In this document: piece by piece, positions 1-8,397 of the stretch | How positions within the stretch are numbered: the first letter of the stretch is position 1 | How the letters are laid out: each line of letters begins with the position of its first letter | From: an uncultured Candidatus Saccharibacteria bacterium | GTDB taxonomy: Bacteria; Patescibacteriota; Minisyncoccia; Phycocordibacterales; UBA9973 | DNA: 33,776 bases | Direction: 5' to 3' | NCBI GenBank assembly: GCA_964573395.1 | Contig: CAZNJI010000002.1 | Location: 64,931-98,706, forward strand | Notes under the pieces: model-generated | The model's input: the letters and a program-made list of their open reading frames with translations, nothing else | Told to the model about the DNA's origin: nothing | Database searches by the model: none | Position numbers and translations under genes: made by a program

Positions 1-195
1 AGAACGGGATGCATAACGATAAGTTTACGTGTTTGTTAATTTTGTTTCTTATTTAAATTTTAACATATTTTTTCTTAAAAGTCAATATACTGAAAACCAA
101 GGCTGAAACGGTTAAAATCTATTGACGGAGTAGTTTTTTCGATGTCTTATCCATAAAAACAGGCAAATTCTGGTATCATTCCTCTTTGTATTCTT

Positions 196-1275
196 ATGCA
201 ATCAGAAGATTCGATACCGCCCAGTTTGAAGCGGAACAATACAGGACGACTGGCATTTCCTACCTTGCTCGCCATCACTACCATAGCCTTCAACTATCAT
301 TCAGTTGAAGCGCAGCTCATAAAAAAGCTCAGTATTGGCGAAAAAATCGCCGAAGAGCTTACTTATAATTCGCAAACCATGCCGCTCCTTAAGCCTGGAG
401 CGCAAGTTTCTGCTGATCCTATTACTCTTGCAAGCGGCGCATTCGTGGCTGAAACCGGACCATTAGGGGTTTCCTACGACACAATCCCGGGAGGAGTTAT
501 TTCCCAGTATGTGGTGCAGTCTGGCGACTCGCTTGAGGAAATCGCTAAAACATTCGGTATTTCAAAAAATACTATTGTCTGGGCTAATAATTTAAAGAAA
601 GATGCCAAGCTCACCGTTGGGCAGCAGCTCGTTATTCTGCCTATTTCTGGCGTTCGATATGTTACAAAACAGTCGGGCGAGCGGGTAGTAAACATTGCAA
701 AGCAGTTTGGAGCGGATATCGACGATATCGTCAGCTACAACGACCTTGAAAGCCAGGTGCTTGCAAAGGGGGTTGAAATCATCATTCCTGACGGAGAAAT
801 TGTAATAGAGAAAAAGGAAGAAAAAGCAGTTGCGGGTACATCGACAAAGAAGAGCCAACCTACCGCTACTACTGGAGCTAAAAAGCTTGCAACTCGGGTA
901 TCAGTGAGCGCACTCAAAGATCCAAACGGCTACTATACCGTGCCGCTCAAAACTGGAACTCGTACTCAGAAACTGCATGGATTCAACGGAATCGACATCG
1001 GTGTGCCAGTTGGTACTCCCGTCTATGCCGCGGCTGCAGGAACGGTTATCTCGGTAAAGAATGGAGCATGGAACGGCGGCTACGGAAACTATGTCGTTAT
1101 TTCCCACTCAAACGGCAGCCAGACGCTTTACGCGCACAATTCAAAAAATCTCGTTTCGGTTGGAGAGAAGGTTTCCCAGGGCGACCAGATTGCCCTTTCG
1201 GGAAATACCGGAAAATCAACCGGCCCGCACCTGCACTTTGAGGTTCGAAATGCGAAACAGCCGTTTGCAAATTAA
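196..1275 (+). CDS. LysM-domain M23-family metallopeptidase (peptidoglycan hydrolase), membrane-anchored or secreted
   Basis: 359-aa ORF. N-terminal hydrophobic segment LAFPTLLAITTIAF. Two LysM-like repeats (VVQSGDSLEEIAKTFGISKNTIVWANNL; VTKQSGERVVNIAKQFGADIDDIVSYNDL). C-terminal M23 signature GIDIGVPVGTPVYAAAAGTV ... YAHNS ... GPHLHFEVR. Confidence 0.93.
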   Translation: MQSEDSIPPSLKRNNTGRLAFPTLLAITTIAFNYHSVEAQLIKKLSIGEKIAEELTYNSQTMPLLKPGAQVSADPITLASGAFVAETGPLGVSYDTIPGGVISQYVVQSGDSLEEIAKTFGISKNTIVWANNLKKDAKLTVGQQLVILPISGVRYVTKQSGERVVNIAKQFGADIDDIVSYNDLESQVLAKGVEIIIPDGEIVIEKKEEKAVAGTSTKKSQPTATTGAKKLATRVSVSALKDPNGYYTVPLKTGTRTQKLHGFNGIDIGVPVGTPVYAAAAGTVISVKNGAWNGGYGNYVVISHSNGSQTLYAHNSKNLVSVGEKVSQGDQIALSGNTGKSTGPHLHFEVRNAKQPFAN

Positions 1276-1308
1276 AAATCCGCTTTTAACAAAAGGCGGA
1301 TTTTTTTA
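1274..1308. terminator. Bidirectional rho-independent terminator between convergent genes
   Basis: aaaaatccgc-tttt-aac-aaaa-ggcggattttttt: GC-rich hairpin flanked by an A-run and a T-run, between the stops at 1275 (+) and 1311 (-). Confidence 0.8.
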
Positions 1309-1310
1309 CG

Positions 1311-1892
1311 CTACGAAATTGTTACTTTTTTCAGATCGAAATAATGGCGCAAGGGGCTTTTCTCCAAGCAGCAGCTGAGCGGTTTTTCGTACCAATCAAC
1401 CTCTGTTCTCTTTGTGAGCAGTTCGTACAAACTTGCTTTCTTATCTGCAATTTTATTCCCGTAATGCAAACGAAGGCTTTCATACGGATCTTTTCCTGCC
1501 TGAATGTCGTTTATCACTGACCGCGCAAGCGGAACTCGATCTCCTGTTTCCAAATACGGAGGGTCTTTAAAAAAATACAAAAGTGCAACGCAAAGAAGTT
1601 CGCCAGTGGTTGCTTCAATTGACTGCCCTTTCTGCAAAACAACATAAGCGGCATAATCAAACGCTGTTTTCTGGTGCTCGAACTGCATTTCAGATCGCAA
1701 GGTTTTCATTCGCGCATATGCTGAAGCTTTTACTGCCGCTTCGGTTACCGGTTTATCATTCCCGCCATATGGAATAATTCTCTCTTTGATTGCAACATCG
1801 TAGTTTTCAAGATACTTTCTTATCGCATTTCTTGATGCGATAAGTTTGTCGGGGTTTTCTGAATCGAAAACAACCAATAAAGTTTTTCTCAT
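1311..1892 (-). CDS. Hypothetical protein; possible non-canonical NTP phosphatase (DUF84/YjjX-like ITPase fold)
   Basis: 193-aa ORF with no competing frame. The N-terminal LLVVFDSENPDKLIASRNAI resembles the S-x-N-P-x-K motif of YjjX-type NTPases. GGNDKPVTEAAVKASAYARMK resembles their QP-x-G-x-EET-x-GA-x-NRA segment. This assignment is from memory and was not searched. Confidence 0.35.
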   Translation of the reverse strand: MRKTLLVVFDSENPDKLIASRNAIRKYLENYDVAIKERIIPYGGNDKPVTEAAVKASAYARMKTLRSEMQFEHQKTAFDYAAYVVLQKGQSIEATTGELLCVALLYFFKDPPYLETGDRVPLARSVINDIQAGKDPYESLRLHYGNKIADKKASLYELLTKRTEVDWYEKPLSCCLEKSPLRHYFDLKKVTIS

Positions 1893-1943
1893 AAAGAATT
1901 TTTTCTTTATCCTATTCCTTTTTCAGATTCATGCAAGCGGAAG

Positions 1944-3476
1944 CTAGAGCTCGAACTTCGGGCGATACTGGAGCGCTTCGAGTAGGTGTCCTTCTTCTAT
2001 GTGTCCTTTTTCTTCCAGGTCGGCAATGGTTCTGGCTACCTTGATAACCCGCAGGTACGATCGCGGAGAAAGTTCCAATCGCTTGGCATAGAGCTCAAGC
2101 ATTTCTTGCACCGCCGGGGCAAGCGCGGCAAGTTCGCGTAATTCTTTGGTGCCAAGTGCGGCATTTAAGTTTCCGCTCCCGCGTGAGCGCTGTTTCTTCC
2201 TTGCTGTTTCAACGGTACGGCGAAGGAGTGCGCTTTCTCCGCCGGTTCGATGTTCGTGAAGCGCTTTATACTCGATGTGCCCCACCGGAACCCAGAGGTC
2301 GATCCTGTCGATGATGGGGCCTGAGAGTTTTTTCTTGTACCGAAGCAGATCTTGGGCGCTGCAGCTGCAGGTTTTTTGGTTTGAGCCGCGGTATCCGCAC
2401 GGGCAGGGATTCATGGCTGCCAGGAGAATAAAATTCGAAGGGTACTTCGCGCTTCCTTTGGCGCGCGATATGGTTACTTGCTTGTCTTCGAGCGGCTCGC
2501 GGAGCGCTTCAATGACGCGCCGATCAAATTCAGGGAATTCATCGAGATACAGCACGCCCCGGTGCGCGAGCGTTACTTCGCCTGGCCGAAGCGCCGTTCC
2601 CCCGCCGACGATGGCTACATGGGAAGTGGTATGGTGCGGCGTCCGAAACGGGACATGCGTTTTCTCAAGTTCGTCGAGAAAGCCAAGGCTCGAATAGATC
2701 ATTGCCGTTTCAATGTATTCCTCCGGAGAAAGAGACGGCAAGATGCTCGTGAATGCTCGGGCGAGCATCGTTTTGCCGGTTCCGGGCGGGCCGTAGAGCG
2801 CAACGTTGTGCCCGCCTGCCGCTGCAATCAAAAGCGCTCGCTTTGCCTGCGTTTGCCCGGACACTTCGGCAAAATCCGCGGTTGTCGTTACTGTGCGTTC
2901 GGTAATTTTCTTCGGAATCAGCGGCGATATGCTGTGCGTGCCGGCAAGGTGATTCACCACTTCTTGCAAGGTAGAAACCGGGATGACGGAAATGTTTTCA
3001 ATGAGCTTCCCTTCTTCACTGTTTCCGGCTGGGATAAAAATTTTCGTAAATCCCAATCGGCGCATCGTTTCGATGATGGGCAGTATGCCGCGAACCGGCC
3101 GAATTTCTCCGTTGAGCGATAACTCTCCAATAAAGATTTTTCCTGCCGGATCAAAAGAGATATCTTTTGCTGCAAGCAAGTAGCCAAGCGCAATTCCTAA
3201 ATCGAAGTAGGCACCTTCTTTTTTCAGCTCGGCTGGAGAAAGCGAAACGATCACTTTTTGATTCTTCGTCTTCGGGCTTATTCCGAGCGAATGCTTGAGC
3301 GCGCTCATCACTCTGTCGCGAGCTTCTTCGACTGCCTTATCTGGCAATCCGACAATGGAAAAGAGGAAGAGGCCGCGGGAAAGGTCTGTTTCAATGCTCA
3401 CGACCTGCGGAGTGATGCCGCTTATTTGAGCGCTAAAGAGCCTGGAGAACCCTGATTCTGCCGGAGCTTTTTCCAT
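1944..3476 (-). CDS. comM: YifB/ComM-family Mg-chelatase-like AAA+ ATPase (competence-associated)
   Basis: 510 aa. N-terminal Lon-like ChlI domain (GLPDKAVEEARDRV ... GELSLNGEIRPVRG). Walker A LYGPPGTGKT, Walker B VLYLDEFPEF. Cys cluster NPCPCGY ... CSCS and the C-terminal RSYLRVIKVARTIADLE are typical of the family. Confidence 0.95.
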   Translation of the reverse strand: MEKAPAESGFSRLFSAQISGITPQVVSIETDLSRGLFLFSIVGLPDKAVEEARDRVMSALKHSLGISPKTKNQKVIVSLSPAELKKEGAYFDLGIALGYLLAAKDISFDPAGKIFIGELSLNGEIRPVRGILPIIETMRRLGFTKIFIPAGNSEEGKLIENISVIPVSTLQEVVNHLAGTHSISPLIPKKITERTVTTTADFAEVSGQTQAKRALLIAAAGGHNVALYGPPGTGKTMLARAFTSILPSLSPEEYIETAMIYSSLGFLDELEKTHVPFRTPHHTTSHVAIVGGGTALRPGEVTLAHRGVLYLDEFPEFDRRVIEALREPLEDKQVTISRAKGSAKYPSNFILLAAMNPCPCGYRGSNQKTCSCSAQDLLRYKKKLSGPIIDRIDLWVPVGHIEYKALHEHRTGGESALLRRTVETARKKQRSRGSGNLNAALGTKELRELAALAPAVQEMLELYAKRLELSPRSYLRVIKVARTIADLEEKGHIEEGHLLEALQYRPKFEL

Positions 3477-3525
3477 AGCTGATACTCTCTATTGTATAAC
3501 CAAATCGAAAATCTTTCTTGGGAAA

Positions 3526-3554
3526 ATAAAAAATCCCCTTTTGGGGATTTTTTT
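3526..3554 (-). terminator. Rho-independent terminator after the DksA-like gene
   Basis: aaaaaatcccc-tttt-ggggattttttt hairpin, flanked by A and T runs so it could work in both directions. Confidence 0.8.
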
Positions 3555-3916
3555 CATTGATTCATGTGCTCCTTGCAGGTTCGAGCTGCAGGGTTCGCTT
3601 CAAGGCGCGCTTCTTCTATCTTTCCCCCATCGACTTCGCACTTTCCGTACGTGCCTTCCGTTATCTTTTCAAGGGCGTCATTGATGTCTGTCAGGCGCTC
3701 TTGAAATGTCTTCACCATGGAGCTCCGGCTTTCAAAATCTTCGAACCGGTCTGCCGCATCGTTCTCATCGATTTCGCCGATCATGCTCTGGTCAGGAGTT
3801 GCTTCCCACGTTTTGGTTTCAGTATTGAAAAGCGCAATGCCGCGGAGTTCTTCTTCGAGCTGCTCTTTTTCTTTCTCTAACTTTTCCTTGAAATGGGTCG
3901 TATTCATGCGCCACAT
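3554..3916 (-). CDS. DksA/TraR-family protein with a non-canonical (C-x2-D ... C-x2-H) zinc-finger region
   Basis: Coiled-coil N-terminus (HFKEKLEKEKEQLEEEL). C-terminal YGKCEVDGGKIEEARLEANPAARTCKEH matches the DksA/TraR template YGxCxxCGxxI..RL.A.P.A..CxxC. Start is ambiguous: GTG at 3940, ATG at 3916 or 3907. Confidence 0.8.
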   Translation of the reverse strand: MWRMNTTHFKEKLEKEKEQLEEELRGIALFNTETKTWEATPDQSMIGEIDENDAADRFEDFESRSSMVKTFQERLTDINDALEKITEGTYGKCEVDGGKIEEARLEANPAARTCKEHMNQ

Positions 3917-3946
3917 GGTATCACGGATACTAAAAAGCACAAGCTG

Positions 3947-4828
3947 TTATTGCTGTCCTAAAATGCCGAGATAGACCGCATTGAAAGCGTCTTTGTCGGT
4001 CGTTATGATCGCGGTCTGCGCTTCCGCAAATCCGTAGAATGCAACGGGCGTATTTCCCGTGCCGGTTACTGCCCGCACCGGAACATTGTTTACGTATATC
4101 GTTTCGAACGGCTGGTCAAAAATTTCGGCTTGGTCGCGAATGTCGATGCCGAGCGCTCGGTAGAATGCGCGCACGAGAACCGGCTCGATGTTGCTTAATT
4201 TTTGGGTAAGAGAACTCCCTTCTTTTCCCTGTAATAGAATAAACGGCGAAGCGGTATTCCCGGTTGCAACGATGCCAAGCCGAACCGTATCAATCGCGCT
4301 CAAAAAATCTGCAGGAAGATTTCCTTCGGCGAATGCCATGAACGCGTCTGGCTCGAGCGGCAGTCCGTTAGCATCGATCAGGGCGATGGTATACGGAGTA
4401 TTAATTCGCAAGTCGGCATGAGACTTTGCATTCGAAACGACCTCTCGAATGTCGGTACTTTCTGCATTCACCAGCATGAGCTGGGAAAAAATAACCTGCC
4501 GCTCCCTTTGTACTGGCACTGGCATTGATCGCTGGTAGCTATTCCATAAAACCCACAGCGCTGCACCGGCAGCTGCAAAACACAGGAATGCTCCCAGGAT
4601 AAACAGCCAGCTTGTTTTCCGTTCTTTTTCCGTTTTCAGGGAAGTCTCCTCTTTTTCGCGAGCCATCGCGAGGAGCTCCTGCACTGCGCCTGCTTCAGTC
4701 GCTTGCATTGCTTTTGCCATGTCGTCGCTATAAGAATGAACGAGCGGCGTTTCTTGGGCAGGTTCAGGTTCTACCGCTGGTGTTCCGCCCTCTTTTTTTT
4801 GTTCTTCTGAAGGGGTAAGAGGATCCAT
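3947..4828 (-). CDS. Hypothetical single-pass membrane protein
   Basis: 293 aa. Acidic, Pro-rich N-terminus, one transmembrane helix (WLFILGAFLCFAAAGAALWVLW), then a roughly 190-aa C-terminal domain with no motif I recognise. The neighbouring genes on each side are 6 nt away. Confidence 0.7.
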   Translation of the reverse strand: MDPLTPSEEQKKEGGTPAVEPEPAQETPLVHSYSDDMAKAMQATEAGAVQELLAMAREKEETSLKTEKERKTSWLFILGAFLCFAAAGAALWVLWNSYQRSMPVPVQRERQVIFSQLMLVNAESTDIREVVSNAKSHADLRINTPYTIALIDANGLPLEPDAFMAFAEGNLPADFLSAIDTVRLGIVATGNTASPFILLQGKEGSSLTQKLSNIEPVLVRAFYRALGIDIRDQAEIFDQPFETIYVNNVPVRAVTGTGNTPVAFYGFAEAQTAIITTDKDAFNAVYLGILGQQ

Positions 4829-4834
4829 AGGAGA

Positions 4835-5344
4835 TTAATAGCCAAGCAAATATTTTTTTGGCGTTTGCGAAAGGTCAAAATAATCGTCCGCTGCTTCTTT
4901 CAGACGCAAGGAAGAGGATTGCCCGAATCCAACCACTTCTACTTGCACGCCATGGTGATACCGAAGGTATTCGCAGAGCGGAATGAAATCACCGTCTCCG
5001 GAAACAATGATAATTGCATCGAGCTTTGGCGCCATGGTTACCGCATCGATTGCCAAGCCAATGTCCCAGTCTGCCTTCTTGCTGCCATCATAAAAAATCT
5101 GAAGGTCTTTTGCTTTGGTTTCTATCCCGTTTTTGCTGAGTGCATCCAAAAAGGCTTTTTCGTCCTCGTTTTCAGTGGTAATGACATAAGCAATTGCTCT
5201 AATGAGTTTTCTGCCGGCAAGTGCATCGCGAACGACGTTTGAAAAATTTACTTTGCGCTTGTACAGATGCTTCGCTGAGTGGTAGAGGTTCTGCGTATCG
5301 ATAAAAATGCCAACCCGCTGATCTTTTTGTTTAATAACTGCCAT
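4835..5344 (-). CDS. NYN-domain (LabA/DUF88-like) protein, putative RNase
   Basis: 169 aa. RVGIFIDTQNLYHSAK at the N-terminus and IIIVSGDGDFIPL match the conserved acidic motifs of the NYN/LabA family. Confidence 0.85.
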   Translation of the reverse strand: MAVIKQKDQRVGIFIDTQNLYHSAKHLYKRKVNFSNVVRDALAGRKLIRAIAYVITTENEDEKAFLDALSKNGIETKAKDLQIFYDGSKKADWDIGLAIDAVTMAPKLDAIIIVSGDGDFIPLCEYLRYHHGVQVEVVGFGQSSSLRLKEAADDYFDLSQTPKKYLLGY

Positions 5345-5361
5345 AGTAGAGAGTATAGCAA

Positions 5362-5392
5362 GAAAACATCCGAGTGGTTCTCGGATGTTTTC
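5362..5392 (-). terminator. Rho-independent terminator of rpsO
   Basis: On the minus strand: aaaacatccgaga-acca-ctcggatgtttt followed by cttg; starts 6 nt after the rpsO stop. Confidence 0.75.
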
Positions 5393-5397
5393 ATTCG

Positions 5398-5658
5398 TTA
5401 TGATTTTACTGCTTTCAGTGCTTTTTCGTAGCGCCCCTTGTTTTCCTTCTCAAGATTCTTGAGATGACTTCGACGATCTGCAACCATCTTGATCAAGCCG
5501 CGTCGGGAATGGTTATCCTTCTTGTGCTTCTTTAAGTGGCCAGCGAGTTTGTCGATTTGTTCAGACAAGACAGCAATTTGGACATCACGAGAACCAGTAT
5601 CCTTCTCGTGGATCTGGTGTTTCTTGATTACCGCCTGTTTCTTCTTTGACGTTAACAT
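5398..5658 (-). CDS. rpsO: 30S ribosomal protein S15
   Basis: HEKDTGSRDVQIAVLSEQIDKLAGHLKKHKKDNHSRRGLIKMVADRRSHLKNL is a clear S15 signature. The ORF track starts at a GTG (5676); the ATG at 5658 (MLTSKKK) is the more likely start. Confidence 0.95.
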   Translation of the reverse strand: MLTSKKKQAVIKKHQIHEKDTGSRDVQIAVLSEQIDKLAGHLKKHKKDNHSRRGLIKMVADRRSHLKNLEKENKGRYEKALKAVKS

Positions 5659-5680
5659 ATATGCATTGTAATACACTTTC

Positions 5681-5714
5681 TAAAAAAAAGCAAGCCCTCT
5701 TCAAGAGGGCTTGC
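5681..5714 (-). terminator. Rho-independent terminator of the 5726-6313 gene
   Basis: On the minus strand: gcaagccctcttgaagagggcttgc followed by tttttttt. Confidence 0.85.
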
Positions 5715-5725
5715 GGCAATGCCGT

Positions 5726-6313
5726 TTAAGGCATTTGAACAAATATCTTTCCTGTTTGATTTCGAAGGGAATGCTTCCGAAGAACCTTTTTGGCTAAATC
5801 AACGAATGATTTTTTCAAACCTTCTTTTGTTATTTTTAGTTCGTTCGTAATGGTAATGGCTGAACTCTGTTCCAGCGCCGAAACGGCCGAGGCATGCCCA
5901 TTCGATCCGGTTACGTTATGAGGCACTGCTCCTATGATTGCGCCGATACAGTTTAGATGTCTGCACTCAGCAAACGGGAAGTCGTTTTTAAGCTTTTCAT
6001 AGTCAAGAAAAAGTTTGAGATTGTTTTCTGGAAAACCCTGCGCCTTTGCGATCTTCCGAATTTGATCCGAGGGAATTTTGCTGGCTCCGACTATGACGGC
6101 ATAGTGTTTCGGATAGTCGGAAAAATAACTTCGCATGCCGATAATGTTTTTTATTTCTTTTTCTTTATGTTCGTTTAAGTACTCTTTCACATTTCCCGTA
6201 TCAAGCAAGGAAAGTATCTGCTGGATCTGGCGGAGCTCTTCTTCGGAAACTCCCGGATCCCTTACTCGAAGCAGAAGGTCTAATAGTTGTTCATAAATAG
6301 AGCTTTTATTCAT
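5726..6313 (-). CDS. Hypothetical protein (weak resemblance to the DUF2325 fold)
   Basis: 195-aa ORF with its own terminator, divergent from xerC. AVIVGASKIPSDQIRKIAK ... CIGAIIGAVPHNVTGSNGHASAV loosely recalls the DUF2325 layout (GG ... SH). Not verified. Confidence 0.6.
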   Translation of the reverse strand: MNKSSIYEQLLDLLLRVRDPGVSEEELRQIQQILSLLDTGNVKEYLNEHKEKEIKNIIGMRSYFSDYPKHYAVIVGASKIPSDQIRKIAKAQGFPENNLKLFLDYEKLKNDFPFAECRHLNCIGAIIGAVPHNVTGSNGHASAVSALEQSSAITITNELKITKEGLKKSFVDLAKKVLRKHSLRNQTGKIFVQMP

Positions 6314-6406
6314 TACTAAAAGTAGTTTTTCTCCACTGTATCTTAAAAAGCCTCCTTGTCAATTGCTTGTGTCGCACAATTTTTTCTGCACGGTATACTC
6401 TGTACT

Positions 6407-7315
6407 ATGCAATTATTTGATGCAAAGCGGCAGTTTCTTGAGTACATCGAGATTGAAAAAGGCCGAAGTTTGCGCACGGTGCAAAATTATGACCACTACC
6501 TTTCTCGATTCATCGAGGAAATGGGAGCGAAGTCAATCGGAGACATCAGTGAATCTGCCATTCGGGAATTTCGACTAAAGCTCAACCGCGCGCCGGGTGT
6601 ATTCGTCAAAGGGCAATCGCGATCGACGATGAAGAAGAATACTCAGAACTACTACATGATTGCGCTCCGCTCTTTCTTGAAGTATCTGCGAAAGCGCAAC
6701 ATTAGCGCGCTCACGCCAGATGCGATCGAACTAGCAAAAACCGGCGCACGGCATCTTGATTTAATTTCTCACGATGAACTTGTTCGCCTCATGAATGCTC
6801 CCGGAAAAGAAGCGGTGAAAGATCTGCGCGATCGGGCAATCTTGGAGTTGTTTTTTTCAACTGGCCTTCGTCTCTCTGAGCTCTGTTCATTGAATGCCGA
6901 TCTCGATTTATCGAAAGACGAATTCTCAATTCGCGGAAAAGGAGAAAAGGTTCGAGTGGTGTTTCTCTCTCCTGATGCAAAGACTGCCATTAAAAAATAC
7001 CTCGATGCGCGCAAAGACATGGAAGAAGCGCTCTTCATTAACGTTGCAAAAAACGGCAAAGACAATACCCGGCTTACTCCCCGCTCGATTGAACGAATCG
7101 TAAAGCACTATGCGACTAAGGCTGGCATTTCCAAAAAGGTAACGCCGCACGTACTGCGTCACTCGTTTGCAACTGATCTGCTTTCAAACGGCGCCGATAT
7201 TCGCTCAGTACAGATGATGCTCGGGCACGCCAACATTGCGACCACCCAGGTCTACACTCACATCACCGACAAACAGCTCCGAGAGGTGCATAAGAAATTC
7301 CATTCAAAGCGATAG
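6407..7315 (+). CDS. xerC: XerC/XerD-type tyrosine site-specific recombinase
   Basis: N-terminal SAM-like domain (FLEYIEIEKGRSLRTVQNYDHYL). Catalytic residues R (TGLRLSEL), K (GKGEK), HxxR (HVLRHSFAT), H (LGHANI) and Y (QVYTHI). The ATG at 6407 is preferred over the 6356 extension. Confidence 0.92.
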   Translation: MQLFDAKRQFLEYIEIEKGRSLRTVQNYDHYLSRFIEEMGAKSIGDISESAIREFRLKLNRAPGVFVKGQSRSTMKKNTQNYYMIALRSFLKYLRKRNISALTPDAIELAKTGARHLDLISHDELVRLMNAPGKEAVKDLRDRAILELFFSTGLRLSELCSLNADLDLSKDEFSIRGKGEKVRVVFLSPDAKTAIKKYLDARKDMEEALFINVAKNGKDNTRLTPRSIERIVKHYATKAGISKKVTPHVLRHSFATDLLSNGADIRSVQMMLGHANIATTQVYTHITDKQLREVHKKFHSKR

Positions 7316-7417
7316 TTGACATTTTGTTTAAAAATGGTAAAGCGAGCGCAGTAATCGGTGTTATTTTACAAGCTTATCCTGCAAATAACGCCATTTGTTC
7401 ATTAAAAAAACGTAAAA

Positions 7418-7903
7418 ATGAAAACAAAAAATCTGGTAGCTACCCTGCTACTGGTAGGCTTCGGCCTTATGCTTCCAACCAGCTGCCGAAAGAGCAGTTT
7501 AAAAGATGAAGGTTTTGCAAAAGACGGCTTCATGATGCTTTTGCCGAATCTAGCACTTGCTATACCCATGTCGGTCGATTCATTTTTGGCTTCTAAAGCA
7601 AATTTGGATAAGTCATATGAATGGATACTGACAATGGAAGCTTCGGCAAGCACTACAGCAGGAGATACGATTATCAAGAAATACGTTTCTCAAGCTGAAG
7701 ATTCAGGTAGTGCTGATTCAGTGTTTCTTTATTTTTCGAAACAAATCGATTTTTCTCTGGTTACTGTAATTCCGCGCGAAGAGCCACAGCTTTTCCGGAT
7801 GGAGATTCTATTATCTGAACCAAAGAGAAAGTGGCTGTTTGAAGCAGAAAAAGCAACAGTAAATATAAAGGAACTTAAAGAGTACTTTTCCCTGCTGCAG
7901 TAG
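7418..7903 (+). CDS. Hypothetical secreted protein or lipoprotein
   Basis: 161 aa. Signal-like MKTKNLVATLLLVGFGLMLPTSC with a loose lipobox. Followed by a strong terminator. Confidence 0.6.
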   Translation: MKTKNLVATLLLVGFGLMLPTSCRKSSLKDEGFAKDGFMMLLPNLALAIPMSVDSFLASKANLDKSYEWILTMEASASTTAGDTIIKKYVSQAEDSGSADSVFLYFSKQIDFSLVTVIPREEPQLFRMEILLSEPKRKWLFEAEKATVNIKELKEYFSLLQ

Positions 7904-7919
7904 ATGTTTTCATTCATAA

Positions 7920-7950
7920 CGAACTTCCCGTTTTTACGGGAAGTTTTTTG
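7920..7950 (+). terminator. Rho-independent terminator
   Basis: aacttcccg-ttttt-acgggaagtt followed by ttttt. Confidence 0.85.
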
Positions 7951-7965
7951 TTTCAAAATACTTTT

Positions 7966-7994
7966 TTGACCGAAGAAAATATTTTTGCTATAGT
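7966..7994 (+). promoter_or_regulatory. Sigma70-type promoter with extended -10
   Basis: TTGACC (7966-7971), 17-nt spacer, TGcTATAGT (-10 at 7989-7994); 40 nt upstream of the ATG at 8034. Confidence 0.6.
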
Positions 7995-8033
7995 GCCCGT
8001 CCGAAATTGTTCATTTTAAAAATTAGAGATTGT

Positions 8034-8342
8034 ATGAAGAAAAAAGTTTTCAAGCTTGGAAGTGCCATCGTACTTGGCTTCGCATTGAGTAGTTGTAATG
8101 GCGGCTACTCGAGTAATTCCGTCCCTCCTTTGCATTATGATGTTGCAAGAGTCAGCAAGTTAGACACGGCGAACGACCGGATTTACTTGCGAAAAACCAG
8201 AAAACGAGGTGCCGATAGTTATATCGAAAACGCACTTGGCAAAGACTCAACGCTCAAAAAATTGAAAAAAGGAGACTTAGTTCTTTATGGGCTCGACTCA
8301 ATGAATAAAGTCGATACCCTTAGAAAAATAATTGTCCATTAA
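8034..8342 (+). CDS. Small lipoprotein, function unknown
   Basis: MKKKVFKLGSAIVLGFALSSC has a good lipobox (LSSC). The ATG at 8034 is preferred over the TTG-type start at 8007. Has its own promoter and terminator. Confidence 0.7.
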   Translation: MKKKVFKLGSAIVLGFALSSCNGGYSSNSVPPLHYDVARVSKLDTANDRIYLRKTRKRGADSYIENALGKDSTLKKLKKGDLVLYGLDSMNKVDTLRKIIVH

Positions 8343-8355
8343 TCATTAAACCAGC

Positions 8356-8385
8356 CCCTTCCACCGGAAGGGGTTTTTCTTTTGC
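8356..8385 (+). terminator. Rho-independent terminator
   Basis: ccccttcc-acc-ggaagggg followed by tttttctttt. Confidence 0.85.
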
Positions 8386-8397
8386 TACAATGGACAG

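Noticed and set aside
2478-3122. Long antisense ORFs inside recognised genes: 2275-2697 and 2478-3122 opposite comM; 12989-13534 opposite the large surface gene; 19725-20291 opposite the ATPase; 22722-23375 opposite rny; 24890-25318 opposite tig; 28210-28752 and 28950-29417 opposite nusA; 30675-31064 opposite the 517-aa gene
   Set aside because: Each lies fully within, and antisense to, a gene with clear family motifs. Their translations are low-complexity (Ser/Arg/Phe-rich) and have no start context or terminator. These are typical shadow ORFs.
6356-6406. N-terminal extensions suggested by the ORF track: 6356 for xerC, 8007 for the lipoprotein, 5676 for rpsO, 22018 for the ATPase, 21948 for the 124-aa protein, 31879 and 32730 for the paralogs
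   Set aside because: The extensions start at non-ATG codons, overlap upstream genes or promoters, and add residues that do not belong to the families. Internal ATGs give canonical N-termini or signal peptides.
6407-7315. The tyrosine recombinase as the integrase of a mobile element or prophage, with the two lipoprotein genes as cargo
   Set aside because: The domain layout and motifs are those of chromosomal XerC/XerD. There are no flanking direct repeats, no adjacent tRNA and no phage or plasmid genes. The neighbouring genes have ordinary promoters and terminators.
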